Under the pieces are notes generated by a model. That model saw only the letters and a program-made list of their open reading frames with translations, was not told the origin of the DNA and searched no databases. Positions 41,001-48,738 of a stretch of DNA of 64,000 nucleotides are shown here, in pieces (position 1 is the first letter of the stretch; each line of letters opens with the position of its first letter). This DNA comes from an uncultured Verrucomicrobiae bacterium (GTDB lineage: Bacteria; Verrucomicrobiota; Verrucomicrobiia; Chthoniobacterales; JAATET01): the NCBI GenBank assembly GCA_963832325.1, contig CAWHTR010000002.1, positions 7,113 through 71,112 of the forward strand, in the 5' to 3' direction. The translations under genes were made by a program, and so were the position numbers.

Positions 41001-41027
41001 CCGAGACAACGTCGCCTCCTCGTTCGT

Positions 41028-41432
41028 TCAGGGACATTCAAGCGGAAGTCGGCATCCGAAGCTTAGAAAATCCCGCTTGTTCAGCGTCAGGATCTGTTCA
41101 GCGCCCGCTTTTTCCGCAGCAGCCGCGTGAAGGAAATCGTGCACCAAGCCACCTCGCACGCCCGATTCCTGACAAACAGACAAGGCCGCAAGAGTGTCCT
41201 CCCCGTCCAATTCGACCAGTGCGACGGAACCCGTCAATTCGCGGATCATTCGGAACGCATCGTCCGGCTGGCACCGAAACCCCAGCCGACCACCGGTGAG
41301 AGTCGAAAACACCTCCGCCAGCGAATGCGGCCTCGTCCAACCGCCAGCTGCCTCCAGTCGATCCCTCACTCCATCCGACTGCAAGGCTTCCACCAGCGCC
41401 GAGGCATCCCAATAGAGTCGACTACCTCGCAT
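41028..41432 (-). CDS. PIN-domain toxin (cassette 2)
   Basis: 134 aa. LYWDASALVEAL N-terminus and ...GGLVHDFLHAAAAEKAGAEQILTLNKRDF C-terminus, PIN-like. Confidence 0.8.
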   Translation of the reverse strand: MRGSRLYWDASALVEALQSDGVRDRLEAAGGWTRPHSLAEVFSTLTGGRLGFRCQPDDAFRMIRELTGSVALVELDGEDTLAALSVCQESGVRGGLVHDFLHAAAAEKAGAEQILTLNKRDFLSFGCRLPLECP

Positions 41433-41664
41433 CGCGTTCCGCTCGAATCGCAGCAGCGATCGTCTCCGCAGCGGCCCGCGTCGGTGGCAACATGGTCCGT
41501 CCTCCGCGTGTCGTCACCGCCACACACTCCACTTCCCCGGGTTTGATGAGCCGAAATGTCACCCGCTCAGCGTCCTGCACATCCCTCACCAGAATATCAC
41601 CCGGCTGAAACGGAGCCGGAAACACCCCCCGCCTCCTCGAATCCAATTTCGTCACAGCCTCCAC
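41422..41664 (-). CDS. Putative AbrB/MazE-fold antitoxin (cassette 2)
   Basis: 80 aa with a GTG start and an 11-nt overlap with the PIN gene. Contains GVFPAPFQPGDIL. Confidence 0.65.
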   Translation of the reverse strand: MEAVTKLDSRRRGVFPAPFQPGDILVRDVQDAERVTFRLIKPGEVECVAVTTRGGRTMLPPTRAAAETIAAAIRAERDAR

Positions 41665-41665
41665 A

Positions 41666-41699
41666 GTGGGAAATTCCCACGGCCAGATCTCGATGTCAA
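41666..41699 (-). promoter_or_regulatory. Promoter-like element with a perfect 7-1-7 palindrome (cassette 2)
   Basis: Minus strand reads TTGACA-N17-GAATTT-N6-GTG. Palindrome GTGGGAA-A-TTCCCAC (41666-41680) overlaps the -10 box. Confidence 0.35.
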
Positions 41700-41711
41700 A
41701 CTCAGGAAAAG

Positions 41712-42089
41712 CGGTGTCGAGAGACGAGGGTCGAGCAACGAGTGGCGAGAGTGGAACTCCGTAACCTAAAAACTTAGAAACCTAAAAACCCAGAAACTTG
41801 GAACCCCAAGACCTCCGAAGCTCCCGACATGGCCTTTATAGTGCCCCCCCTCTGCGCCTCTGCGCGAGTTCCTGTATTAATACTGATGCTTTTATCCCGC
41901 AGAGGCGCTGAGGCGCGGAGATCCTGAAATACAGGTGATAGTTATTAGGTATTGGGAGCAGCTGATCTGTAGACCTGCCGCTCTTCGCTCGAGGGCCGCG
42001 TGAAATCCATCACCATTTTTATCCTCTGCGCCTCTGCGCCTCTGCGCGAGTCCCTGTATTGATACTTTTCCCCGCAGAGGCGCAGAGGG
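41712..42089. repeat. Mosaic hairpin-repeat block C
   Basis: AACCTAAAAAC-type module (41763-41805, also present at 44649-44688), forward core 41850-68, reverse core 41899-920, segment type a, and a complete hairpin unit 42024-42089 (15-16 bp stem, ~30-nt loop) ending 10 nt from the vapC3 stop. Confidence 0.85.
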
Positions 42090-42098
42090 AATGCCTTT

Positions 42099-42509
42099 TC
42101 AGGGAGTCGTCGAGGGATCAACGATGGTGAGGCCATCGAAGTAGTCGCGATAATATCCACGATCCCGGGCAAGGAGCCTTCCCGCGTGGCAAGCCGCGTG
42201 GGATCCAATGAGAAAATCCGCCATCACGCGCTTTGGAGCTGCGGTCCTTCCCAGATATCGACGCATCATTTCACCGGCAGACTGCGCGGATGCCTGGGTC
42301 GAGGGCACAAACTGGATGTTCCACTCTGCAAGAAAATGCGTCACATCGCCTTCAGGCAGTGCCGGGGTGATTTCCGCCAGAGCGCATTCCCCGATGATGA
42401 GGGACCCGGAGGCAATCGCGGTTCGCACGGCCGCCACCGAGCCACCTGCCCAACGCGGATCGTCCGTGAGGATATCCAGAACCACACTGGAATCCAGAGC
42501 GGTCTTCAC
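42099..42509 (-). CDS. PIN-domain toxin (cassette 3)
   Basis: Probable GTG start at 42509 (VKTALDSSVVLDIL) gives a GTGA overlap with the antitoxin stop. Track ORF extends to 42581. Confidence 0.8.
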   Translation of the reverse strand: MKTALDSSVVLDILTDDPRWAGGSVAAVRTAIASGSLIIGECALAEITPALPEGDVTHFLAEWNIQFVPSTQASAQSAGEMMRRYLGRTAAPKRVMADFLIGSHAACHAGRLLARDRGYYRDYFDGLTIVDPSTTP

Positions 42510-42733
42510 GGCTCCCGGCGGGTGAGGTCGAGGTATTCGTCCACCGAACAGCCCTTCGGAAGCTGCCCTTTCCCTCGCCATCTCGCGACGGGATCCTCCA
42601 TCATGACTTTTCGGATGATCACGGAGCCAGCCTCTTCCCGAAAATTCAAAACCGATCCGGGAAGCAACCCGAGGTCGTCGCGGAGTTTTTTCGGGATGGT
42701 GATCTGACCTTTTTCAGAGAGGACGGCATTCAT
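42506..42733 (-). CDS. AbrB/MazE/SpoVT-type antitoxin (cassette 3)
   Basis: MNAVLSEKGQITIPKKLRDDLGLLPGSVL is the canonical SpoVT-AbrB motif. Confidence 0.85.
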   Translation of the reverse strand: MNAVLSEKGQITIPKKLRDDLGLLPGSVLNFREEAGSVIIRKVMMEDPVARWRGKGQLPKGCSVDEYLDLTRREP

Positions 42734-42739
42734 ACCGAT

Positions 42740-42767
42740 ACTGTAGGATTTCCTACTTGTTCGTCAA
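42740..42767 (-). promoter_or_regulatory. Sigma70-like promoter, leaderless geometry, with operator-like palindrome (cassette 3)
   Basis: Minus strand reads TTGACG-N16-TACAGT-N6-ATG. GTAGGA-TT-TCCTAC (42743-56) spans the -10 box and the adjacent spacer. Confidence 0.4.
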
Positions 42768-42794
42768 GACGGAGCCGCGAAGGCGCGCTTCGCG

Positions 42795-43095
42795 TTGCCT
42801 TGCAGGCTGTCTCGCAAGCTCGGGTTGCGCGAGTTCCTGTATTGATACTGATACTTTTATCCCGCAGAGGCGCTGAGACGCAGAGAGGATTCTTTCGAAG
42901 ATTCACCTTCCTCAGATTCCATCCGTTTTTGTTCTTCAACTTTTCCTCATCCGCATTTGTATCAATCTCTGCGTCTCTGCGCCTCTGCGCGAGTCCCTGT
43001 ATTGATACTTTTAGCCCGCAGAGGCGCAAAGACGCGGAGGGAATGGCGATGAGATGCGGGTAGCGGGTTAAATCCAACGCGCAACCCGCCACCTG
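42795..43095. repeat. Mosaic hairpin-repeat block D
   Basis: CGCGTTGCCTTGCAGG module, reverse core 42864-88, variable segment type c, forward core 42967-93 plus loop plus reverse core 43018-41, then the GGCGATGAG..GGGTAGCGGGTT..AAATCCAACGCGC module shared with 44796-44860. Confidence 0.85.
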
Positions 43096-43107
43096 CGAAA
43101 CGGTCCG

Positions 43108-43136
43108 TTGACATAGCCACCATGATACCATAAAAG
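43108..43136 (+). promoter_or_regulatory. Sigma70-like promoter, leaderless geometry (cassette 4)
   Basis: TTGACA-N17-TAAAAG-N7-ATG on the plus strand. Confidence 0.45.
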
Positions 43137-43143
43137 CATAATC

Positions 43144-43398
43144 ATGCGAACGACCCTGGATTTGCCTCCAGATGTGAGTGCCACCTTGCGCCACGAATCC
43201 GCTCGCCGGGGCGGGCGCGGGAGGGCCCCCCTCTCGCTTCTTGTCGCAGAAGCCGTGCGAGCAAAATTCGGGGGCGAATCCGATTCGAGCGCCCGAGCGT
43301 TGGATCTCGATTCGGACTTTCCAACCGTTCGGCGAACCCGCCCGGAGGAACTCATCGACCAAAAATCCATCGATCAAGCACTCGACGAAATTTTGTGA
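43144..43398 (+). CDS. VapB-type antitoxin (cassette 4)
   Basis: The MRTTLDLPPDV start is typical of RHH/VapB antitoxins. 4-nt overlap with the PIN gene. Confidence 0.7.
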   Translation: MRTTLDLPPDVSATLRHESARRGGRGRAPLSLLVAEAVRAKFGGESDSSARALDLDSDFPTVRRTRPEELIDQKSIDQALDEIL

Positions 43399-43808
43399 AG
43401 TTCCTGCTCGATGCCAACATCGTCTTCGGCGCGATCACGGAAGCCCACCCGCACCATCTCGCGTTCCGGCATTGGATCGTCGATCAGCGCAGAGCGGGCC
43501 TGGCCACTTGTGCGGAGGTCCGACTCGCTTATCTGCGGCTTTCGATGAACCCAGATGTCATGAATCAGGCTCCACTCACCGCACTCCAAGCGTGGACAAT
43601 GCTTCAAAGATTCGTCTCAGCACCCGCACCCGGGTGGGTTGTGTCAAATCCGCCCCGGGAAGAATTCATCACTTCTGCCGGTCGTCATCGAGAGATTCAG
43701 GACAATTACCTCGTTCAAATCGCGACGGAAGCCGGGTGCAAACTCGCAACGCGAGACGCGCGATTGGTCAAGCACTGGCCGGATCGGACCATTTTTGTCC
43801 CAGCATAA
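43395..43808 (+). CDS. vapC: PIN-domain toxin VapC (cassette 4, the only plus-strand cassette)
   Basis: MKFLLDANIVFGAI... and ...QDNYLVQIATEAGCKLATRD, PIN motifs. Confidence 0.85.
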   Translation: MKFLLDANIVFGAITEAHPHHLAFRHWIVDQRRAGLATCAEVRLAYLRLSMNPDVMNQAPLTALQAWTMLQRFVSAPAPGWVVSNPPREEFITSAGRHREIQDNYLVQIATEAGCKLATRDARLVKHWPDRTIFVPA

Positions 43809-43868
43809 CGGCTGGCGCGCCGAGGACGACGGGCGAACTGCCGCCGACCGCAGACCCTCTCCCCCCCG

Positions 43869-44135
43869 CTCTGCGCGAGTCCCTGTATTGATGCTTTTGT
43901 CCCGCGGAGGCGCAGAGGCGCGGAGATCCTGAAATACAGGTGATCGTTATTGGTTATCGGAAATAGCTGATCTGAAGATTTAGCGCTCTTTGCGTGAAAC
44001 CCATCCGCATTTGCATCAATCTCTGTGCCTCTGCGCCTCAGCGCGAGTCCCTCATTGAATCGACTCCCGCTTTGATTCGGTTCGCTCCCGCTCACCTCAC
44101 CTCGTGCCCCGAGCGTGTCGCCCTGCGGGCTACGT
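43869..44135. repeat. Mosaic hairpin-repeat block E
   Basis: Short forward core 43869-79, loop, reverse core 43904-25, segment type a, forward core 44021-47, then a degenerate TTCGCTCCCGCTCA...GCCCTGCGGGC module. Confidence 0.8.
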
Positions 44136-44317
44136 CTACTCAGATTTCGTCAGATCTCTGATGATCTTCTTCGCAAGGATCTCGTTAATTTCTCGGTGAC
44201 GTGGAACCGGTTGAGAGACCCCTGACGCTGGGTTGTGATAATGTCATGACGGGAACCGTGCCGCAAAAGAAGACAGCCAGCCGATTCGATTTTCGTAATC
44301 ACATCTCGGCGTTTCAA
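44136..44317 (-). pseudogene. hicA: hicA toxin with an apparent -1 frameshift
   Basis: From TTG at 44317 the sequence reads (M)KRRDVITKIESAGCLLLRHGSRHDI. The family-typical continuation YHNPASGVSQPVPRHREINEILAKKIIRDL is in the -1 frame. One missing T in GACAT(T)TATCAC near 44240 would restore it. Confidence 0.7.
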
Positions 44318-44324
44318 GCGATCT

Positions 44325-44507
44325 TCAAGCTTCCGACTCTCTTCGAATCCCGGGCAAGCTCTCGGAAGAGAAAGTCGAAAGGAGATCAACAAGTTGTTCT
44401 CTAAGATCTTGCATGTCGTCGCCCTGAGTCCAGTGATCTGGATAGTCGTTCAAGTATCCCAAATATTTTCCGTCAGCCTCTTGCCAAAAAGTGAAGTTTG
44501 CCTTCAT
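44325..44507 (-). CDS. HicB-like antitoxin (short)
   Basis: MKANFTFWQEADGKYLGYLNDYPDHWTQGDDMQDLREQLVDL resembles the HicB N-terminal fold. Its stop is 7 nt upstream of hicA. Confidence 0.6.
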   Translation of the reverse strand: MKANFTFWQEADGKYLGYLNDYPDHWTQGDDMQDLREQLVDLLSTFSSESLPGIRRESEA

Positions 44508-44580
44508 CGTTTTTTGATAACTTGGAACAGTGGCGGTATACAGTCAAACCGATGATCTTGGTTCGGTCCTGTTGCCAGTA

Positions 44581-44860
44581 GCCGAGAGTCGAGGGCGAAC
44601 CCCGGAAACCCAGTGTTTCGGTGTTTCGAGACGAGAGTGGAACTCAGCAACCTAAAAGCTTAAAAACCTAAAAACCTCCGAAGCTCCCTCCATGCCTTCA
44701 TGATGAAATCCCCCCTCTGCGCGTTGCCTTGCAGGCTGTCTCGCAAGCTCGGCTCGCGCGAGTTCCTGGATCGATACTTTTCTCCCGCAGCGGCGCGGAG
44801 GGAACGGCGATGAGTTACGGGTAGCGGGTTGCGGGGCAAATCCAACGCGCCATCCACCGA
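44581..44860. repeat. Mosaic hairpin-repeat block F
   Basis: GAGACGAGAGTGGAACTC/AACCTAAAAGC module (as in block C), short forward core 44715-23, CGCGTTGCCTTGCAGG module, reverse core 44787-802, and the GGGTAGCGGGTT/AAATCCAACGCGC module (as in block D). Confidence 0.8.
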
Positions 44861-44898
44861 CCCGCGATTTCCGATTTTCGATTTCGGAACCCTCGACT

Positions 44899-45456
44899 TC
44901 AGAGACTTCCGGCAATTTTGCGCAGCCGGGCCACGATTTCCGGCGCTTCTTTCAATTCGGCGAGTGGCGTCAATTCCTCGAAGACCAGATTCCAGTCGAT
45001 CGACTTCTGGCGTCGCATGATCCCATCGACATCCAGCCAATCGCGGTCACGCGAAGCGAAAGCCTTGTGCACCAGAAGATCTTCCGCAGAACAAGTTAAT
45101 ACCCCGCGGCCAGCTTCAAGCCTCCACTTCGTCGCGCGAGAGATCGCACGTTCTTCAAACGGCATCGCACCCAAGGCAATATCAATGGGAACCCCCGATT
45201 CGTCGGAAACGAGCAAAACCCGGTTCGCGAGAGCGAAGTCCCTGGCATTTCCAATCCGGGGCCGGTAGCGGCCCAGCAGGCGATCCACAAATTGCTCCTC
45301 CTCGCCGAACCCGGTCAGCAGGGTAATGTCGATATCCTGGGTAAAACGTGGCTCCCCCCAGCGCTGCACCGCCAGCCCACCGATCACGCAATAAAGGAAC
45401 CCTGCCTCGTCGAGATATCGCCCAAGGGCTTGAGCGCTCTCCAGCAATGGAGTCAT
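44899..45456 (-). CDS. Minimal nucleotidyltransferase-fold protein (AbiEii/MNT-like)
   Basis: The GGLAVQRWGEPRFTQDIDITLL motif (GG..A....T.DID) is the NTase fold signature. 185 aa. Confidence 0.7.
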   Translation of the reverse strand: MTPLLESAQALGRYLDEAGFLYCVIGGLAVQRWGEPRFTQDIDITLLTGFGEEEQFVDRLLGRYRPRIGNARDFALANRVLLVSDESGVPIDIALGAMPFEERAISRATKWRLEAGRGVLTCSAEDLLVHKAFASRDRDWLDVDGIMRRQKSIDWNLVFEELTPLAELKEAPEIVARLRKIAGSL

Positions 45457-45668
45457 CAGCGACCTCGCAGGAATATTTCCTGCTGCACGACAAGTCCACT
45501 CGAGGACAACGGGGTGAAGCTGGAAGGAGCCACCCGTGAAAACGCCAGCACGGCCGCCTCATCATCCAAGGCGCGCAACTCAGCGGTTCGCACCTCCTCA
45601 AGCGCCACCGCCGCAGATCCCCATTGCGCCACCCACTTCCGGGCATTGTCTTCGACCGACCGCTCCAT
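45456..45668 (-). CDS. 70-aa partner protein of the nucleotidyltransferase (putative antitoxin/regulator)
   Basis: 1-nt stop/start overlap (TGATG) with the NTase gene. No family recognised. Confidence 0.5.
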   Translation of the reverse strand: MERSVEDNARKWVAQWGSAAVALEEVRTAELRALDDEAAVLAFSRVAPSSFTPLSSSGLVVQQEIFLRGR

Positions 45669-45704
45669 CCCACCATCCTAGCCCCGCAGCAAACCGAAAG
45701 GCAC

Positions 45705-45737
45705 AAAAAAAGGCGGAAGAGCACAAGCTCTCCCGCC
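45705..45737 (-). terminator. Canonical intrinsic terminator (minus strand)
   Basis: Minus strand reads GGCGGGAGAGC-UUGU-GCUCUUCCGCC followed by UUUUUUU. It lies 37 nt upstream of the 45668 start and at the downstream end of the 1.1-kb repeat tract. Confidence 0.6.
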
Positions 45738-45807
45738 TTCAGGACCTTCGGTCATGGTTATTGGTAATGCCAAGGAGCGGCGTTTTCCAAACGCCGACCA
45801 AACGCCG

Positions 45808-46890
45808 AAGTTGACTCCCGCGTTGATTTCGGGCTTGCCCAGCCCGTCACCACCCACTCTGCGCCCCTGCGCGAGTTCCTGGATTGATACTTTTCTCCCG
45901 CAGAGGCGCGAAGGCGCGGAGATCCTGAAATACAGGTGATCGTTTTTGGTTATTGGGAGCAGCTGATTTGTAGGTTTAGCGCTCTTTGCGTGAAACCCAT
46001 CCGCATTTGTATCAATCTCTGCGCCTCTGCGCCTCCGCGCGAGTTCCCGCATTGGTATTACGAATTACCTTCTTGAGCTTCTGCGCATGTTGACTCGGTC
46101 GTTCCCCGTTGCCGATTTCGCTCCCGCTCAACAGCCCTGCGGGCCACCTATCGGTGGGCGATGTCGCTCGACTCCCGTCGGCTCCAATCTCTGCGCCTCT
46201 GCGCCTTTGATTCCCTCGCGACCCGGCTCGGTCACCCTTCGGGCTTATCGTCTACTTTCGGCTCCCCCGAGCCTTCGGTTGCGCGAGCCCCTGTATTGAT
46301 ACTTTTATCCCGCAGAGGCGCTGAGGCGCTGAGGGAATTCTTTTAAAAATTCGTTTCGGTTATTCGGAATGCGCTTCAAATAACCTGAATGCGCTCTTCA
46401 TCATTCTCATTTGTATCAATCTCTGCGTCTCTGCGCCTCCGCGCGAGTCCCTGTATTTATGCTGCGGATTACCTTCTCGAGCTTCTTGCGCATGTTGACT
46501 CGGTCGTTCCCCGTTGCCGATTTCGCTCCCGCTCAACAGCCCTGCGGGCCACCTATCGGTGGGCTATGTCGCTCGACTCCCGTCGGCTCCATTCTCTGCG
46601 CCTCTGCGCCTTTGATTCCCTCGCGACCCGGCTCGGTCACCCTTCGGGCTTATCGTCTACTTTCGGCTCCCCCGAGCCTTCGGTTGCGCGAGTCCCTGTA
46701 TTGATACTTTTATCCCGCAGAGGCGCTGAGACGCGGAGAGGATTCTTTCGAAGATTCACCTTCCTTAGATTCCGTCCGCTTTTGTTCTTCAACTTTTCCT
46801 CATTCGCATTTGTATCAACCTCCGCGCCTCTGCGTCTCCGCGCGAGTCCCGCATTGGTATTCGAATTCCCTATTTAGCTTCTTGCGCCAT
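45808..46890. repeat. Gene-free 1.1-kb mosaic repeat tract G with ~400-bp periodicity
   Basis: Forward cores at 45857, 46027, 46189, 46421, 46594 and 46819. Reverse cores at 45900, 46312 and 46718. Two ~272-bp copies (46068-46337 and 46468-46743) differ at about 8 positions. Confidence 0.9.
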
Positions 46891-46897
46891 ATTGCGG

Positions 46898-47917
46898 CTA
46901 AGCCAGCGTCTTCTCTCCGCAATCGGTCCACCAATCGCGCAGGGCTTCTTCGAGCGTGAACTGCAGCTCATACCCATCCTCCACCAGCCGTTTCCCGGAG
47001 ATATTGTTGGAGATCATGAGCTTCTTGACCCGATCCGGGTGAAACCCGCCACCGAGACCTTGGAGCGGGGTCAGCGCCGCCGCGACCGCTCGCAGCGCTG
47101 CGCCCGGCACGACCAGGCTCGGCAGCGGCGCACCGGTCACTTGCGAGATCGCTCCACAAATCTCCTCGATCGTCGGGGCGGGCTGATAAGTCAGGTTGTA
47201 GAGAAACACACCCGGCTCGGGTCGGGCCGCCATTTCAATCAACAGCCGGGCGAGATCCTTCACGTAGATGCAGGCTTTGATCGTGTTCTTCCGCCCCGGA
47301 TACACGAACCGCTTCTTCGCCATCGCCCCCGCCAACCGCGTGACATTGCCTCCCTCGCCAGCGCCGAAGACGACCCCCGGCCGCACGATGACGAGCCGCC
47401 GTTCGTCCGACCGCTCCGCCTGCCAGGTCCGATGAATGTGCTCCGCCACCAGCTTCGAGATCCCGTAGGCCGTGTTCGGCAGCGGCAGCGTGTCCTCCGT
47501 CTTGAGCGGCTCCGACGCCCCGTAGGGCGCAATCGAACTCGTAAAAACAATCGTCCGCACATCGTGTTCCCGCGCAAACGCACACACGTTCTCCGCGCCA
47601 AGCAGGTTCGTCTCGAAATACTCGCGCTTCGGATGCCCCGGCGTCCGGTGGACGGCAGCGAAGTTATAAATCGTAGCGGGTAGCGGGTCACTGGTGGCGG
47701 GTGATGGAGCAGTTCCCCTCACAGACTCGCGGCAATCCAAGCGCCACGCGCCACTCCCATCCCGGACATCACCTCGAACAAACCTCCGCGCCGCACCCTG
47801 CGGCCGATCCGACTCCGCCAGATCCACCGATACGACCGACTCGCCACCACCGAGCAACCGCTCGGCCACATGCCTCCCGATGAAGCCTTCGCCGCCGAAA
47901 ATAATTGATTCACTCAT
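46898..47917 (-). CDS. NAD-dependent epimerase/dehydratase (SDR)
   Basis: IIFGGEGFIGRHV (GxxGxxG) and an extended-SDR layout. Carries a possible repeat-derived insertion (see findings). Confidence 0.85.
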   Translation of the reverse strand: MSESIIFGGEGFIGRHVAERLLGGGESVVSVDLAESDRPQGAARRFVRGDVRDGSGAWRLDCRESVRGTAPSPATSDPLPATIYNFAAVHRTPGHPKREYFETNLLGAENVCAFAREHDVRTIVFTSSIAPYGASEPLKTEDTLPLPNTAYGISKLVAEHIHRTWQAERSDERRLVIVRPGVVFGAGEGGNVTRLAGAMAKKRFVYPGRKNTIKACIYVKDLARLLIEMAARPEPGVFLYNLTYQPAPTIEEICGAISQVTGAPLPSLVVPGAALRAVAAALTPLQGLGGGFHPDRVKKLMISNNISGKRLVEDGYELQFTLEEALRDWWTDCGEKTLA

Positions 47918-47934
47918 TTCTTAAAAATTCAGCC

Positions 47935-48240
47935 GCAAAAAGGTCGGAAGGTCGGAAGGTCGCAGGTCGCCAGCGTTCAGCTCTCGACGCTCGACTTTCA
48001 GTTGTTGACTCGGTTGTTCCCAGTTGCCCGCACTGCTCCCGCAGTTCGGCCCTTCGGACTGCACTGCAGAGCCGATGCAGTCTGCCTCAGCCGTTGATTC
48101 CGGGCTCGCCCAGCCCGTCACCGCTTTGCGGCTGTCACTTTGTTTCAGTCTATCTCAATCTCTCCCCGCGATCTCGGTTCCCGGCGGCTCGAGGCCCAAC
48201 TTTCAGCTTTCACTCCCCCGCCACTCGACGTCCCCGCTCC
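47935..48240. repeat. Degenerate copies of repeat modules (block H)
   Basis: GGTCGGAAGGTCGGAAGGTCG. TTGACTCGGTTGTTCCCAGTTGCCCG (compare 46093-46117). GTTGATTCCGGGCTCGCCCAGCCCGTCACC (compare 45822-45851). Confidence 0.5.
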
Positions 48241-48735
48241 CTATTCCCCGGCAGCGCGGGAAAGCGCATCGATCAATCCGCTGCGCAAATGATAGCCTTC
48301 CGCTTGCAGGGCCAGCAATAATGGACGGACCGCTGGGATCAAACCCCGCGACTTCGCACGAACAAGCACCCCACCCGTTCCAATCATCGGGAGATGATAC
48401 ACTTCGTGCGCCAACCGCCTTCCTTTGCGCTCATCGATGAGCAGACGAGCGTGGGGCATCTGTAGAGCCAGCGCAATGATGCTCGCTTCACCAAAATCCA
48501 GCACCGTCCCCAGCCAGACATCCGGCAAAGGAGGATCTTCTACGACTTGAATCCACGGGTGAGCGTGAATCGCGTCGCTCACCGGCTTGTCTGTCGATTC
48601 GCTGACCTCACGAAATACGGCATCCGTAGTGATGGTGGCACCGTAAAGTTCGCGCAGTAGTCCCAGCCGACCGATCAGGCTAAGCGCGATGATCGGCCCC
48701 GCATCTGCGATCACGCACTCCCTGGCACCGATCAT
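48241..48735 (-). CDS. DUF3368 PIN-like nucleic-acid-binding protein (putative toxin)
   Basis: VIADAGPIIALSLIGRLGLLRELYG is the typical DUF3368 N-terminus. Paired with a UPF0175 gene. Confidence 0.8.
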   Translation of the reverse strand: MIGARECVIADAGPIIALSLIGRLGLLRELYGATITTDAVFREVSESTDKPVSDAIHAHPWIQVVEDPPLPDVWLGTVLDFGEASIIALALQMPHARLLIDERKGRRLAHEVYHLPMIGTGGVLVRAKSRGLIPAVRPLLLALQAEGYHLRSGLIDALSRAAGE

Positions 48736-48738
48736 TCC

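Noticed and set aside
46087-46704. 70-aa ORF (MLTRSFPVADFAPAQQPCGPPIGG...) conserved in both ~272-bp repeat copies (46087..46299 and 46492..46704, the ATG-initiated part of track ORF 46411..46704), plus other ORFs across repeat blocks (42730..43377, 43178..43891, 45678..46052, 46389..46877)
   Set aside because: Their sequence is simply the translation of the repeat modules (LCASAPL / AEAQRR strings). All three amino-acid-level differences between the two copies are non-synonymous. No family resemblance was found, so they are most likely non-coding.
40745-46890. Canonical integron attC sites
   Set aside because: I could find no R''/R' core sites (RYYYAAC / GTTRRRY) at block boundaries, and no intI gene is in the window. 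I kept the idea only as an architectural analogy.
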